Below, one piece after another: positions 63,921-64,000 of a stretch of 64,000 nt of DNA; position 1 is the first letter of the stretch, and each line of letters starts with the position of its first letter. Source of the stretch: Octopus sinensis (taxonomy: Eukaryota); assembly GCF_006345805.1 (NCBI RefSeq), contig NC_043003.1, positions 14,384,001-14,448,000 on the forward strand, given 5' to 3'. The notes under the pieces are model-generated. The model was not told where the DNA came from and did no database searches. It worked only from the letters and a program-made list of their open reading frames with translations. A program made the translations under genes and the position numbers.

Positions 63921-64000
63921 TATATATGTATCAAGAAGTGCAAACAAGCAAACATGCCAACACGTAAAAGTTATCCATTTGAATACATTCAACAATAAAT

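Overview
Animal (non-bacterial) genomic DNA that is AT-rich, microsatellite-dense and largely made of decayed transposable elements. The SINE families, TTAGGG-type repeats and microsatellite load suggest a cephalopod, probably Octopus; this is inference from recognising the repeats. No intact protein-coding gene can be supported. Almost all ORFs in the track are microsatellite artefacts, and the rest are TE remnants: two RTE-clade LINEs, a Dong/R4 RLE retrotransposon, two mariners, a hAT-Tip100 transposase, and Helitron/Helentron and piggyBac-like MITEs. Non-TE items are a full-length 7SL (SRP) RNA copy at 485-788, a degenerate interstitial telomeric tract at 15.7-16.1 kb and one plausible short exon at 23718-23763. 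The standout observation is about 13 type-I hammerhead ribozyme motifs (CUGANGA ... GAAA-short palindromic helix III-UH) in at least eight unrelated sequence contexts. Three have intact catalytic cores and well-paired helices (34652-34726, 35854-35943, 52611-52711). One lies in a greater-than-unit-length 438-bp repeat, one is fused behind a tRNA-derived Pol III head, and four are clustered co-directionally within 900 bp. Together these suggest a diverse population of hammerhead-bearing non-autonomous retroelements (Penelope pseudo-LTR / retrozyme / SM-alpha-like). All structures were parsed by eye; none were computed or tested.
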